A DNA stretch of 64,000 bases, taken from positions 2,285,824 to 2,349,823 of the forward strand of contig CBDBFX010000002.1 in NCBI GenBank assembly GCA_965205205.1, read 5' to 3'. The notes beneath the pieces are model-generated. The model saw only the letters and a list, made by a program, of their open reading frames with translations, was not told where the DNA came from and ran no database searches. Positions 11,078 to 20,340 of this stretch are shown here, piece after piece (the stretch's first letter is position 1; each line of letters opens with the position of its first letter). The stretch comes from Arenicellales bacterium. Its GTDB lineage: Bacteria > Pseudomonadota > Gammaproteobacteria > Arenicellales > JAJDZL01. Position numbers and translations under genes: made by a program.

Positions 11078-12526
11078 CTATCTGCTGTAGTACATCTCAA
11101 ATTCGAGCGGGTGCGTTACCAGCCGCATCGCCTTCACGTCCTCATATAGCAGCTCGATATAGGCGTCAATCGCCGTGTCAGTGAAAACACCACCTTCCTT
11201 CAGAAACTCTCGGTCAGTGTCCAGCGCGATGAGTGCCTGATTCAGAGAGGGCGCCACTTTCTGGATGTTTTTTTCCTCTGCCGTAGTCAGTTCATAGAGA
11301 TCCCTCACCGCCGGTTCACCTGGATGGATCTTGTTCCTGATGCCATCCAGTCCTGCCATCAACATGGCTGAATACGCCAGGTATGGATTTGCCGTCGGAT
11401 CTGGAAAGCGGATTTCAACTCGTTTTGCCGCATCCGTAGTGAAGGGAATGCGACAGGATGCCGATCGGTTGTAAGCGGAATACTGCAATAAAACCGGCGC
11501 CTCGTAACCTGGAACCAACCTTTTGTAGCTGTTTGTGGTTGGGTTGGTAAACGCATTGAGCGCTTTGGCGTGTTTGAATATTCCACCAATGTACCACAGG
11601 GCTATCTCGCTTAACCCACAGTGCTCGTCCCCGGCAAACATGGATTTACCATCGCGGATCAGAGACTGGTGAACGTGCATGCCCGAGCCATTGTCTCCCA
11701 CCAGTGGTTTTGGCATGAAGGTCGCCGTATAACCATGGGCGTTCGCGACGTTCTTTACACAGTATTTGTACAGCTGCGTGCGGTCCGCCGCTTTAACCAG
11801 TGTGTTGTAACGAATGCCGATCTCCGCCTGACCTGCCGTTCCGACTTCATGGTGATGTTTTTCCACATCAACACCCATATCAAGCATGGCCTCACACATC
11901 GCTGAACGAATGTCGGTAAATGAATCGGTCGGTGGCACTGGAAAATAGCCACCTTTGACGCGCGGGCGGTGTCCCAGGTTCGGGCCGTCATCATAATCCT
12001 GTTTGCTGTTCCAAGCGCCTTCATAGGACTTGATTTCGTAGAAAACGCTCTCCATGTGCGTGCTCCATCGCACGCCATCGAAAATAAAGAACTCGGGTTC
12101 CGGACCGAAATAGGCGGTGTCGGCAATGCCGGTCGAGGTCAAGTAGTCTTCCGCTTTCTGGCCGATGCTTCTTGGGTCTTTTTCGTACCACTCATCTTTG
12201 CCGGGATTGTAGATACTGCAGCGGATGGTAACCGTCGTTTCCTGCAGAAATGGATCAATCACACAGGCGGTGGGGTCCAGGATCATGCACATGTCTGATT
12301 CGTTGATCGGCTGCCATCCCTGAATCGACGAGCCGTCAAACATGACCGGTGCATCGAACATTTCTTCAGAAAAATTGGATATTGGCCAGCTGAGGTTCTG
12401 CACCGTCCCCAGCGTATCTGTAAAACGAAAGCTGACCCACTTTGCATCACAGTCGCGGATCAGTTTCATGGCGCTCTTCACCGCTTCCGGATCACGGATT
12501 GAGTTGATTGCTTTTTCGACTGACAT
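11078..12526 (-). CDS. glnA: Glutamine synthetase type I
   Basis: Full-length GSI sequence. Start moved from the track's 12577 to ATG 12526 (MSVEKAINS...) because GAGGGGAACAATTA precedes the ATG there, and this gives the canonical length. Confidence 0.95.
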   Translation of the reverse strand: MSVEKAINSIRDPEAVKSAMKLIRDCDAKWVSFRFTDTLGTVQNLSWPISNFSEEMFDAPVMFDGSSIQGWQPINESDMCMILDPTACVIDPFLQETTVTIRCSIYNPGKDEWYEKDPRSIGQKAEDYLTSTGIADTAYFGPEPEFFIFDGVRWSTHMESVFYEIKSYEGAWNSKQDYDDGPNLGHRPRVKGGYFPVPPTDSFTDIRSAMCEAMLDMGVDVEKHHHEVGTAGQAEIGIRYNTLVKAADRTQLYKYCVKNVANAHGYTATFMPKPLVGDNGSGMHVHQSLIRDGKSMFAGDEHCGLSEIALWYIGGIFKHAKALNAFTNPTTNSYKRLVPGYEAPVLLQYSAYNRSASCRIPFTTDAAKRVEIRFPDPTANPYLAYSAMLMAGLDGIRNKIHPGEPAVRDLYELTTAEEKNIQKVAPSLNQALIALDTDREFLKEGGVFTDTAIDAYIELLYEDVKAMRLVTHPLEFEMYYSR

Positions 12527-12779
12527 TAATTGTTCCCCTCTAAGAAAATATTGCAATGAACCATCTTCTGTATTCAACGATTATCATGCCAGAAATTGGT
12601 TCAGTAATCAGGCAGAATACTCACGAAACGCCACATTATAGACTGCTATTTGATAACAGTGTGCCAATTTGGTGCCGACGCGGCGATTTCCATCCGTCTG
12701 GAACCGACGCATTCCTGTCTTGATAGTCGGCTGGTCTGACTGTGTTAAACTGGGTTGAAGCGTCCAGATGCGCGCCGAC

Positions 12780-13016
12780 TCACGAAAGATTCACCTTTAG
12801 GCGGACTGATGATTCACCGCCCTCGGTTTCGGTCGACAGGATTTGATGGCCGTGAATGCGGCACCAGGCGGGGATGTCTACCAGCGCGCCGGGGTCGGTA
12901 CACTGGACTTCAAGAATCTGTCCGTTCAGTAATTCATCAACCGCCTGCTGCGTTTTGATGACTGGCATTGGACAAATGAGATGCCTGGCGTCCAACACGC
13001 GATCTACACGTACCAT
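12780..13016 (-). CDS. tusA: TusA/SirA-family sulfur carrier protein
   Basis: 78 aa with the diagnostic DARHLICPMP (CPxP) active-site motif. Its start overlaps the stop of the upstream PP-loop gene by 13 nt. Confidence 0.85.
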   Translation of the reverse strand: MVRVDRVLDARHLICPMPVIKTQQAVDELLNGQILEVQCTDPGALVDIPAWCRIHGHQILSTETEGGESSVRLKVNLS

Positions 13017-14056
13017 CTTTCCTGTACTTCAGCCGATGGCAGGGGGGCAACTGACAGCATACGCTGGTTGCCTTGACGGTCGGTATACTGGATCTCAACT
13101 TTTTCAGCGTTGCGCGAACTGCCGAAGCGGGCAGTGAGGCGCGCCGCCAGCTCGACTTCATCATCGGCGATTGACCCTTCGATCAGACTCAGTGGACCCG
13201 AGTGACTGATGATCGAAAGATTTGCAAATTTGCTGCGGTAGCCGCGCAGGTATTGCGATTCGCCAGAATCGCGTGCGATTATCAGTTTCCAGCTGGTGTC
13301 GGGACGCAGGTGGCGACCGACTTTGAGAAGCATGATATCGTCGAATTCATAATCCTTGTGCTGGCGATGGTTCCAGAAGTCCTGCAGTTTTCCGGCATAA
13401 GATTTATCGGTCAGAAAGCAGCAGCCGCCGGCCGGTTGCGCATAGTCTTCAATGCCAAATTCCTTCGCCAATGCCATTTGGGTGCGCCGGCCGCGGCCGG
13501 CAATGCCATACAGTTTGTCCCGCTTGACCCACCCCGCCCGTTCCGGCAGCGTCGCGGGAAGCAGTTTCGCACTCAACGGCCGAAGCAGGCGGTCAAAGGC
13601 TCCGGATTCTCGAGCAACGACGGGAAAAGTGCTGCTTCTCTGTGATTTTGGACGCTGCCCGAGCACCTCGCCAGTGATGATGAAGTCAAACTGATTGTGC
13701 TCCATCCATTCTCGGGCCTTGCCAACCATAAAGCCCTTACAGTCGAGACAGGGGTTCAGATGGGCACCATAGCCGTGTCTTGGATTGAGGACGATTGCCT
13801 TATAGGGCTTGATGGCATCGACGATATGCAGTTTGATGCCGATCTGTTCCGCTGCCCACAGTGAATTATTGCGTTTCCGTTTTTTCCGGTCGCGGTTGCG
13901 AATGGCATGCGTGTGGCCCTCCACACAAAAACCAGTGAAAATATTGAGCCCTTCGACATGAATGTCCTGCTCAAGCATGATGCGGGCGGCCAACATCGAA
14001 TCCAGCCCCCCGGATATGAGTGCAACTGCTTTTCGTTTCTCAGCCATGGTCCACAT
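13004..14056 (-). CDS. PP-loop ATP pyrophosphatase, ThiI/MnmA-like (tRNA) thiolation enzyme lacking a THUMP domain
   Basis: 350 aa with the SGGLDS PP-loop at the N-terminus, a CLDCK motif and ITGEVLGQRPKSQ (ThiI-like GEslGQvaSQ). The start could instead be ATG 14047. Confidence 0.7.
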   Translation of the reverse strand: MWTMAEKRKAVALISGGLDSMLAARIMLEQDIHVEGLNIFTGFCVEGHTHAIRNRDRKKRKRNNSLWAAEQIGIKLHIVDAIKPYKAIVLNPRHGYGAHLNPCLDCKGFMVGKAREWMEHNQFDFIITGEVLGQRPKSQRSSTFPVVARESGAFDRLLRPLSAKLLPATLPERAGWVKRDKLYGIAGRGRRTQMALAKEFGIEDYAQPAGGCCFLTDKSYAGKLQDFWNHRQHKDYEFDDIMLLKVGRHLRPDTSWKLIIARDSGESQYLRGYRSKFANLSIISHSGPLSLIEGSIADDEVELAARLTARFGSSRNAEKVEIQYTDRQGNQRMLSVAPLPSAEVQERWYV

Positions 14057-14822
14057 GATTGCAGAAAAATAGTCCCTCTGTGCTGTTGTGGTGCAGAGGC
14101 GTTTTCCCGTATTTTATATCATTGAATTTCTTCTTTCTGAACCCACGCTGGCATTGTCAATTTCGTTGAATGGGTTTGGTACATTTCAGTGCCGAAAGAA
14201 TATAATACCAAATTTATAGACTTAACGAACAGTAGCAGCATCCAGCACACTGAACCAGAATATGGTCATGCGGCCGGCATGTTCAGGAGGGACAGAATGA
14301 TCGGTCCGATCAGATTCACCGATACAATCAGTTGGATGGACCTGCAGACTGGTACGAACCCAATTCCTTTCAAGACCGGAATCTGAGATCTCCCTCAGTT
14401 CATTGGCATCGTCCGATGATGGGTCCGTAATTCTCTGAACTTTTTCATTGGTGGGTTTGCCGTCCTCAAGACATCGTTTCGCGAGACCAACAGCCAAGAG
14501 CTGGGACTCCTCTTCTCGGGCCTGCCTGATGCCTGACTCGAGACTCCGATTGATGCCCTTATTGAGGCCTCGAATCCGGGTTTCTCCTATTGACAGTGAA
14601 GCCAGCTATTATCATCACCTTTTCCGACTTATCTTGCTTCATTTCACTCATCAATGGTCAGTTCCATCTGCTGTTCCTGTTTTACCTTCTTTTTTTCAAC
14701 CGTTTTACACACATTACCCATGCACGAGATGATTGATTGCTGTACCACAGTCATTCCGCCGGCCTCAAATGGGGAGCGTCGGTTCGAGTCACACAAAAAA
14801 ATGACGAACTCAAGCCCATGCG

Positions 14823-15279
14823 TCATCCGGCACCCGATTCTTCCCTCAATTGATTGATGTCCGCTACCGACAGGTCCGTATATTTTCGGATTTCCTCGTT
14901 CGACCAGCCCTCTGCAACAAATCGTTTTGCAATGTCCTGAGCCTTGCGCAAGGCTCCCTCCTCGCAGCCCTCTTCGCGTCCCTCCTCGCGGCCTTCCTCG
15001 CGGCCTTCCAATCGACCCAGCTGCCGAATCTCGCCCACCGACACCGACATCAGATCTTCCATCTGAGCATGAATCTCCTGCATGATCTCATCTCCCGGCT
15101 CATTCGCCTCAAGTTCCTTCTGCAACCTCTCCATTTTAACCTCTTCACGCACATTCAGGAAGTAAAAATACACGCTGTTCAGCAGCTGACGCCGCAGTCG
15201 CCCCGGCAGCGCATGAACCAGCTCCAGCCAACCGATGAACGCCCGCTCGTCCGCCTCCCAGATGTTCGCCATCGCATGC
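14823..15279 (-). pseudogene. 5'-truncated Rpn/YhgA-like (PD-(D/E)XK, transposase_31-type) gene, copy 1
   Basis: The C-terminal ~150 codons match copies 2 and 3 (HAMANIWEADERAFIGWLELVHALPGRL...). Homology stops after ATCGCATGC at 15279. The nuclease N-terminal half is absent. Confidence 0.8.
14956..15006 (-). repeat. 12-nt coding tandem repeat ((R/C)EEG)x4 inside Rpn copy 1
   Basis: Copy 1 reads LEGREEGREEGREEGCEEGALRK, copy 2 reads LEGREEGALRK, and copy 3 reads LEGRKEGVQD. Coordinates are approximate. Confidence 0.8.
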
Positions 15280-15655
15280 TGCACGACCGGTGGATCTGAA
15301 AAACTGCGCGCATCATCACAGATATCCGCGGTGTGTACGACAACTTGTACCACCAGCTGGGACCGCTCCGGCTACCTTCCCCGTCCGCCGACGGGTTTCC
15401 CACCAAATTCTGTTTCACGGCGTCATGGCGTGGCTGACCAACCCGAAGAGCAAACGCGCCAGCGGGCAGGAATTGGCCAACAACTTCAGTCTGCAGTTTC
15501 CACTATAGAATGCCTACCGTATGAGCGGCTGGCTCAATGGCCGATTCATCGCCCGTCCGATGGTGCTGTCGTCAATCAACAGCGAGGCGGGTCGGGAACC
15601 TCACAACTTGTCACAGTTGAATCTTTTTTCATAATGTGATAAAACATGGCCTACC

Positions 15656-17971
15656 ATGAAAGTAGGTCTCCATCAGTTTCACGCCCAGACCATTGACTGG
15701 TTTCAGAAGGCGGTGTCGACGCCGGGTGTGTCGCGCAACGCCCTGGCCCTCGAGCTGTGCGAGCGCGAGCAGTGGACCGGCACGACGGGCGAGCTGTGCG
15801 TGGCCTCGGCCCGAAAGGCGCTGCCGGTGCTGGCTGAGCGGCTGGGTGTGGCGTTGCCGGCGACGCACCCGTCATTCGGTTCGGGCGGCCGTGAGGCGCC
15901 GCCTGAGGCGGCTTATCCGGACCGCGCGCTGCGTTGCCCGCTTTCGGCACTGGGTGAGGTGACGGTCGAGCCGGTGTCGGGCGACGAGGAACGGCGGCAG
16001 TGGGAGTCGATGATGCGCACGCATCACCCGCAGGGCTGGCGTCAGGCGCCGGGTGGCCAGCTGCGCTACTGGGTGTGTTCTTCGCGCTACGATCGTCTGG
16101 GCGGGCTGAACTTCTGTGCGGCGAGCTGGCACCAGAAAGTGCGCGATGCGTTCATCGGCTGGTCGGGTGAGGCGCGGGTGTCGAATCTGAGTCGGGTGCT
16201 GAACAACCAGCGGCTGCTGATTCTGCCGGGGGTGCGGGTTCACGGTCTGGCTTCTCGGGTGCTGGAGCTGGCGTATGCGCAGGTGGTTGAGGACTGGGAG
16301 GCGAAGTACAATATACGACCGGTGCTGGCGTACACGTATGTGTCGCCCGAGCATCCGGGGACGAGCTACCGGGCGGCGGGTTGGCAGCGCGGTGAGGGCG
16401 GCACCTCGGGTTGTTCGCCGGGCGGTGGCACGGTGGTGCGGGCCGTGTGGCTGAAACCGCTGGTGCGCGGCTGGCGGACGGTGCTGTGCGCCGAGCCGGT
16501 GCGGCAGATTCAGGCGACGCCGGCTTTGCACATGGATGAGAAGACGGATTGGGCGGATGTGGAATATGGTCGCAGCACGCATCCGGACGGTCGGGTGTGC
16601 GCGCGGATCTTGCGCATGGGTCGGGCGTGGCTGGAGCGGCCGGGGGCGTCTTTGCCGCAGATCTTTCCGCGGCGGGCGGAGTTGCGTGCGGCTTACCGGC
16701 TGTTATCGAACGGGAGGGTGAAAATGGAACACATCTTGGAGCCGCACTGGGCGGCGATGGTGGATCGCTGTCGGCTGGAGCCGGTGGTGCTGGCGCTGCA
16801 GGACACGACGGCGCTGAACTATGCGAGTCGGCCGGCGACGGCGGGGCTGGTGAACATTGGTGGCGGTGGGTCGGGCGTGCAGGGTCTGAAGGCGCATGTG
16901 GGTCTGGCGGTGAACGAGGCGGGGCGACCGCTGGGGGTGTATGCGCTGGATGCCGACTATGCGGACCGGCTGGAGCTGGAGAGCGAGCGCTGGGGCGAGG
17001 GTCTGGCGCGGGCCTGTGAGCTGGAGCGGGCCTGTGCGCGGACGCGGGTGGTGACGGTATGCGATCGGGAGGGCGACCTGTGGGGGCTGCTGGATCAGGC
17101 GCGCTCGCAGTCGGCCGGGCTGCTGGTTCGGGTGCGGCGCGGGAGTCGCCGCGAGGTGCTGCTGGCAGGCGGGAAGCGCGAGTGTCTGTGGGTGCACATG
17201 GAGAGGTTGCCGTCGCTGGCGGAGAAGACCGTGCAGGTGGTGGCCTGCGGGGGGAGGCGGAAGCGTGCGGGGCGCGAGGTGCGGCTGGCGTTGCGGGCGG
17301 CGCGGGTGCGGCTGGCGGCGCCGCGGCGGCCACCCGCAGGTGCGGACACGGCGCCGATTGAGATGCTGGCGGTCAGTGCGATTGAAGCGGACCCGCCGCC
17401 GATTGAGATGCTGGCGGTCAGTGCGATTGAAGCGGACCCGCCGGCCGGCGAGCAGCCGCTGCACTGGCTGCTGCTGACTACCGAAGGGCAGGCCGATGCC
17501 GACGGTGCCGGCACCGCCGTGCGGCACTATGAGCTACGCTGGACCATTGAGGAGTACTTCCGCACCCTGAAGACCGGCGCCGGCATCGAGAAGCGGCAGC
17601 TGGACCATGCCGATGACCTGCGCAAGTGCCTGACGTTCGATGCCATCACCGCCTGTGAGGTGTTCAGCCTCGATCGGATGGCGCGCGACTGCCCGCAGAC
17701 GCCGGCTGACGAGGTGGTGAGTGAAGATGACCTGCTGGTGCTGAATTTGCGACTGGACGATTATGGCATCCGCCGACCGCAGCCGCCACCCGGCGAGGCG
17801 CCGGACATCCGCAGTTTCGTCGTCGATGTGGCCCGGCTGGCGGGTTTTCATCCGCGTCGCAGTCAGCCGCTGCCGGGCATCATGAAACTGTGGGAGGGGT
17901 ATGTGCTGCTGCGCGAGTCGGTCTTCACCTATCGGGCGATCAGAAGGCAGAGCATGGTCCAGAATGAATAG
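15656..17971 (+). CDS. IS4-family DDE transposase (Tn5-like)
   Basis: 771 aa. Contains the exact IS4 signature Y-x2-R-x3-E-x6-K in YELRWTIEEYFRTLK. Carries a 15-aa internal duplication relative to copy B. Confidence 0.9.
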   Translation: MKVGLHQFHAQTIDWFQKAVSTPGVSRNALALELCEREQWTGTTGELCVASARKALPVLAERLGVALPATHPSFGSGGREAPPEAAYPDRALRCPLSALGEVTVEPVSGDEERRQWESMMRTHHPQGWRQAPGGQLRYWVCSSRYDRLGGLNFCAASWHQKVRDAFIGWSGEARVSNLSRVLNNQRLLILPGVRVHGLASRVLELAYAQVVEDWEAKYNIRPVLAYTYVSPEHPGTSYRAAGWQRGEGGTSGCSPGGGTVVRAVWLKPLVRGWRTVLCAEPVRQIQATPALHMDEKTDWADVEYGRSTHPDGRVCARILRMGRAWLERPGASLPQIFPRRAELRAAYRLLSNGRVKMEHILEPHWAAMVDRCRLEPVVLALQDTTALNYASRPATAGLVNIGGGGSGVQGLKAHVGLAVNEAGRPLGVYALDADYADRLELESERWGEGLARACELERACARTRVVTVCDREGDLWGLLDQARSQSAGLLVRVRRGSRREVLLAGGKRECLWVHMERLPSLAEKTVQVVACGGRRKRAGREVRLALRAARVRLAAPRRPPAGADTAPIEMLAVSAIEADPPPIEMLAVSAIEADPPAGEQPLHWLLLTTEGQADADGAGTAVRHYELRWTIEEYFRTLKTGAGIEKRQLDHADDLRKCLTFDAITACEVFSLDRMARDCPQTPADEVVSEDDLLVLNLRLDDYGIRRPQPPPGEAPDIRSFVVDVARLAGFHPRRSQPLPGIMKLWEGYVLLRESVFTYRAIRRQSMVQNE
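17354..17443 (+). repeat. Perfect 45-bp tandem duplication inside transposase copy A
   Basis: CCGATTGAGATGCTGGCGGTCAGTGCGATTGAAGCGGACCCGCCG x2 (PIEMLAVSAIEADPP x2). It is single in copy B and accounts exactly for the 2395 vs 2350 bp length difference. Confidence 0.95.
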
Positions 17972-18281
17972 ATTCATGTGTGGGATGTTGTGAGGTCGGG
18001 AACCGGACTGTTTGGTTGATGGGGGATGCGATCTGGAGCCGTTCGAACTGAAATCTAAGGACTCTGGTCTGAGGATTGGATGAGGGCAATAATGTAGTGC
18101 CCTGGAGTCAGTTCACCCAAAATAAACCAACAGGTTGGCGGATTTAACCGTCGATATCGGTTAATCTGCACACATCCATGATGGGATTGATTGTGTACCG
18201 CAGTCATTCCCCCTGCCGCCACCATCAATTGGGGAGTGTCGGTTCGAGTCGCACAACGAATGACGAACTCAAGCCGATGCG

Positions 18282-19265
18282 TCATCCGGCACCCGATTCT
18301 TCCCTCAACTGATTGATGTCCGCTGGCGACAGGTCCGTATATTGTCGGATTTCCTCGTTCGACCAGCCCTCTGCAATGAATCGTTTTGCAATGTCCTGAG
18401 CCTTGCGCAAGGCTCCCTCCTCGCGGCCTTCCAATCGACCCAGCTGCCGAATCTCGCCCACCGACACCGACATCAGATCTTCCATCTGAGCATGAATCTC
18501 CTGCATGATCTCATCTCCCGGCTCATTCGCCTCAAGTTCCTTCTGCAACCTCTCCATTTTAACCTCTTCACATACATTCAGGAAGTAAAAATACACGCTG
18601 TTCAGCAGCTGACGCCGCAGTCGCCCCGGCAGCGCATGAACCAGCTCCAGCCAACCGATGAACGCCCGCTCGTCCGCCTCCCAGATGTTCGCCATCGCAT
18701 GCAGCACCAGCCGCAGCGGCGCCGGCGCCTGGCGCAGCCGCGCACCAACCGCCGGCTCCCTGAGACTGACGAACACCGCCTGGAAATCAATCAGATGACT
18801 GCCGAACTCATCCACAAACTCCGCCGACAGCCGCGCATGCTCGAACGCGCGAAACGATTTCTCCCGCCGCCACTCCGCCGCACCGTGATAAATGATGATC
18901 GGCAGCACCGCATCCACACCTTCCTCGTACAGGGTTGACATGTACCGCAGCAGCTGGCGCATCACATCGGCGTCCGGACCGCTCTTGTGTTCCACCAGTA
19001 TGCTGACCACCACCTGCGTATGATCCCTCAGCCGCACCTTCACCAGCAGGTCCGAATACCGGGCCTTCAGATCCTGCGTGCTGGTCATGACGTTGGAGGC
19101 CACCGTCAGCGTGTCAAGGTCGAACAGCGCCAGCTGCGCCGGCGTCAGGACAAACGACAGCAGATCCCGCACCCAGGCGACTTGCTTCAGGTGCGACGTG
19201 AAAAAATTGTTGTGCCACTTGCCGCCCTTGCCGGAACGCTCTGGATCCCTGCGGTTCTCAGGCAT
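18282..19265 (-). CDS. Rpn/YhgA-like recombination-promoting nuclease / putative transposase (PD-(D/E)XK), copy 2, intact
   Basis: 327 aa. N-terminal WHNNFFTSHLKQ (family HDxxFK-type start). DLLVKVRL...ILVEHKS (D...E-x-K nuclease core). Family-typical C-terminal EG-repeat region. Confidence 0.8.
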   Translation of the reverse strand: MPENRRDPERSGKGGKWHNNFFTSHLKQVAWVRDLLSFVLTPAQLALFDLDTLTVASNVMTSTQDLKARYSDLLVKVRLRDHTQVVVSILVEHKSGPDADVMRQLLRYMSTLYEEGVDAVLPIIIYHGAAEWRREKSFRAFEHARLSAEFVDEFGSHLIDFQAVFVSLREPAVGARLRQAPAPLRLVLHAMANIWEADERAFIGWLELVHALPGRLRRQLLNSVYFYFLNVCEEVKMERLQKELEANEPGDEIMQEIHAQMEDLMSVSVGEIRQLGRLEGREEGALRKAQDIAKRFIAEGWSNEEIRQYTDLSPADINQLREESGAG

Positions 19266-19591
19266 GGCGGGCCACCTGTGGCTGACGGATCTTCGGGTGG
19301 CGGGACTGTCTCATTTTGGGAAACTCCATCAGACACACCGTCGGCCTGAGTTGAGGATGGATCGAAAAATCACATTGTAACTGACTTCGAATGTAAAATA
19401 TTTATCGAATCGGCACGCGGTTCGACCTTGACGGCTGAGGATTGACTGTTCCGAAGTCTTCGTCCATGTTCGTCTGCATCAAACAATCGTTAGGCAGACC
19501 GCGCCAAACCGTCCACCTGGTCAAGTCGACCCGTCACGGAAATCACGCAGACGCGGTATGACAGAAAATCATCCACCACATCGGTGTCATC

Positions 19592-19971
19592 ATGCTTGAC
19601 GAGCAGGCTCGGTCGAAGGACCTCGGCGAGACCATCGAAGCCAAGCAGGAGGCTGAAATGCAACCCCAGCTCTCCCTGCCCGATCAGATCGCCACCCAAA
19701 TCATTGAATGCCGGCGGTGGCGCGACCGCGAACCGCCGCCCGTAAATCTGAAAAAACTCCGCGAAACCGCCCACATCATCACCGACATTCACGAAGTTTA
19801 CGGCACCCCATGCCACCAGCTGGGACCGCTTCGGCAACCTTCCCCGTCCGCCGATGGGTTTCCCACCAAATTCTGTTTCACGGCGTCATGGCGTGGCTGA
19901 CCAACCCGAAGAGCAAACGCGCCAGCGGGCAGGAATTGGCCAACAACTTCGGTCTGCAGTTTCCACTATAG
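19592..19971 (+). pseudogene. Hypothetical gene divergent from Rpn copy 2, apparently frameshifted
   Basis: High-GC3 reading frame MLDEQARSKDLGETIEAKQEAE...HEVYGTPCHQ switches near 19815-19830 to the frame ending ...ILFHGVMAWLTNPKSKRASGQELANNFGLQFPL*. The 3' part is also retained at 15345-15508 in unit 1. No family recognised. Confidence 0.3.
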
Positions 19972-20340
19972 AATGCCTACCGTATGAGCGGCTGGCTCAA
20001 TGGCCGATTCATCGCCCGTCCGATGGTGCTGTCGTCAATCAACAGCGAGGCGGGTCGGGAACCGGACTGTTTGGTTGATGGGGGATGCGATCTGGAGCCG
20101 TTCGAACTGAAATCTAAGGACTCTGGTCTGAGGATTGGATGAGGGCAATAATGTAGTGCCCTGGAGTCAGTTCACCCAAAATAAACCAACAGGTTGGCGG
20201 ATTTAACCGTCGATATCGGTTAATCTGCACACATCCATGATGGGATTGATTGTGTACCGCAGTCATTCCCCCTGCCGCCACCATCAATTGGGGAGTGTCG
20301 GTTCGAGTCGCACAACGAATGACGAACTCAAGCCGATGCG

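Larger units (their letters stand above)
15600..17994 (+). mobile_element. IS4-family (Tn5/IS50-like) insertion sequence, copy A, 2395 bp
   Basis: Imperfect ~24-bp terminal inverted repeats: CTCACAACTTGTCACAGTTGAATC, and the reverse complement of GATTCATGTGTGGGATGTTGTGAG. 9-bp direct target duplication GTCGGGAAC at 15591-15599 and 17995-18003. The uninterrupted target is present once at 20054-20062. Confidence 0.95.

Noticed and set aside
12527-12577. 17-codon N-terminal extension of glnA in the ORF track.
   Set aside because: The internal ATG at 12526 has a strong GAGGGG RBS and gives the canonical GlnA N-terminus and length.
14100-14822. Small ORFs between the PP-loop gene and Rpn unit 1 (14189-14386, 14222-14497, 14448-14732, 14644-14826).
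   Set aside because: They overlap one another and have no motifs. The longest frame (to 14605) has only a TTG start. The region is probably a decayed or intergenic stretch, and I could not support any call.
15651-17977. Multiple long ORFs overlapping the IS4 transposase on both strands (e.g. 16152-17333, 16703-17527, 15872-16582), and the equivalents in copy B.
   Set aside because: They are Pro/Arg/Ala-rich low-complexity translations of a very GC-rich transposase gene. The transposase frame alone carries the IS4 YREK signature and spans the element.
18181-18281. tRNA-like string GGTTCGAGTC downstream of each Rpn copy (also 14770-14822 and 20240-20340), considered as a tRNA gene or tRNA-derived att site.
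   Set aside because: The flanking bases cannot form a T-arm (GTCGG/CGCAC pairs at only 3 of 5 positions). No acceptor or anticodon stems could be folded. It may simply be part of a weak hairpin (GTTCG-N17-CGAAC) after the Rpn stop.
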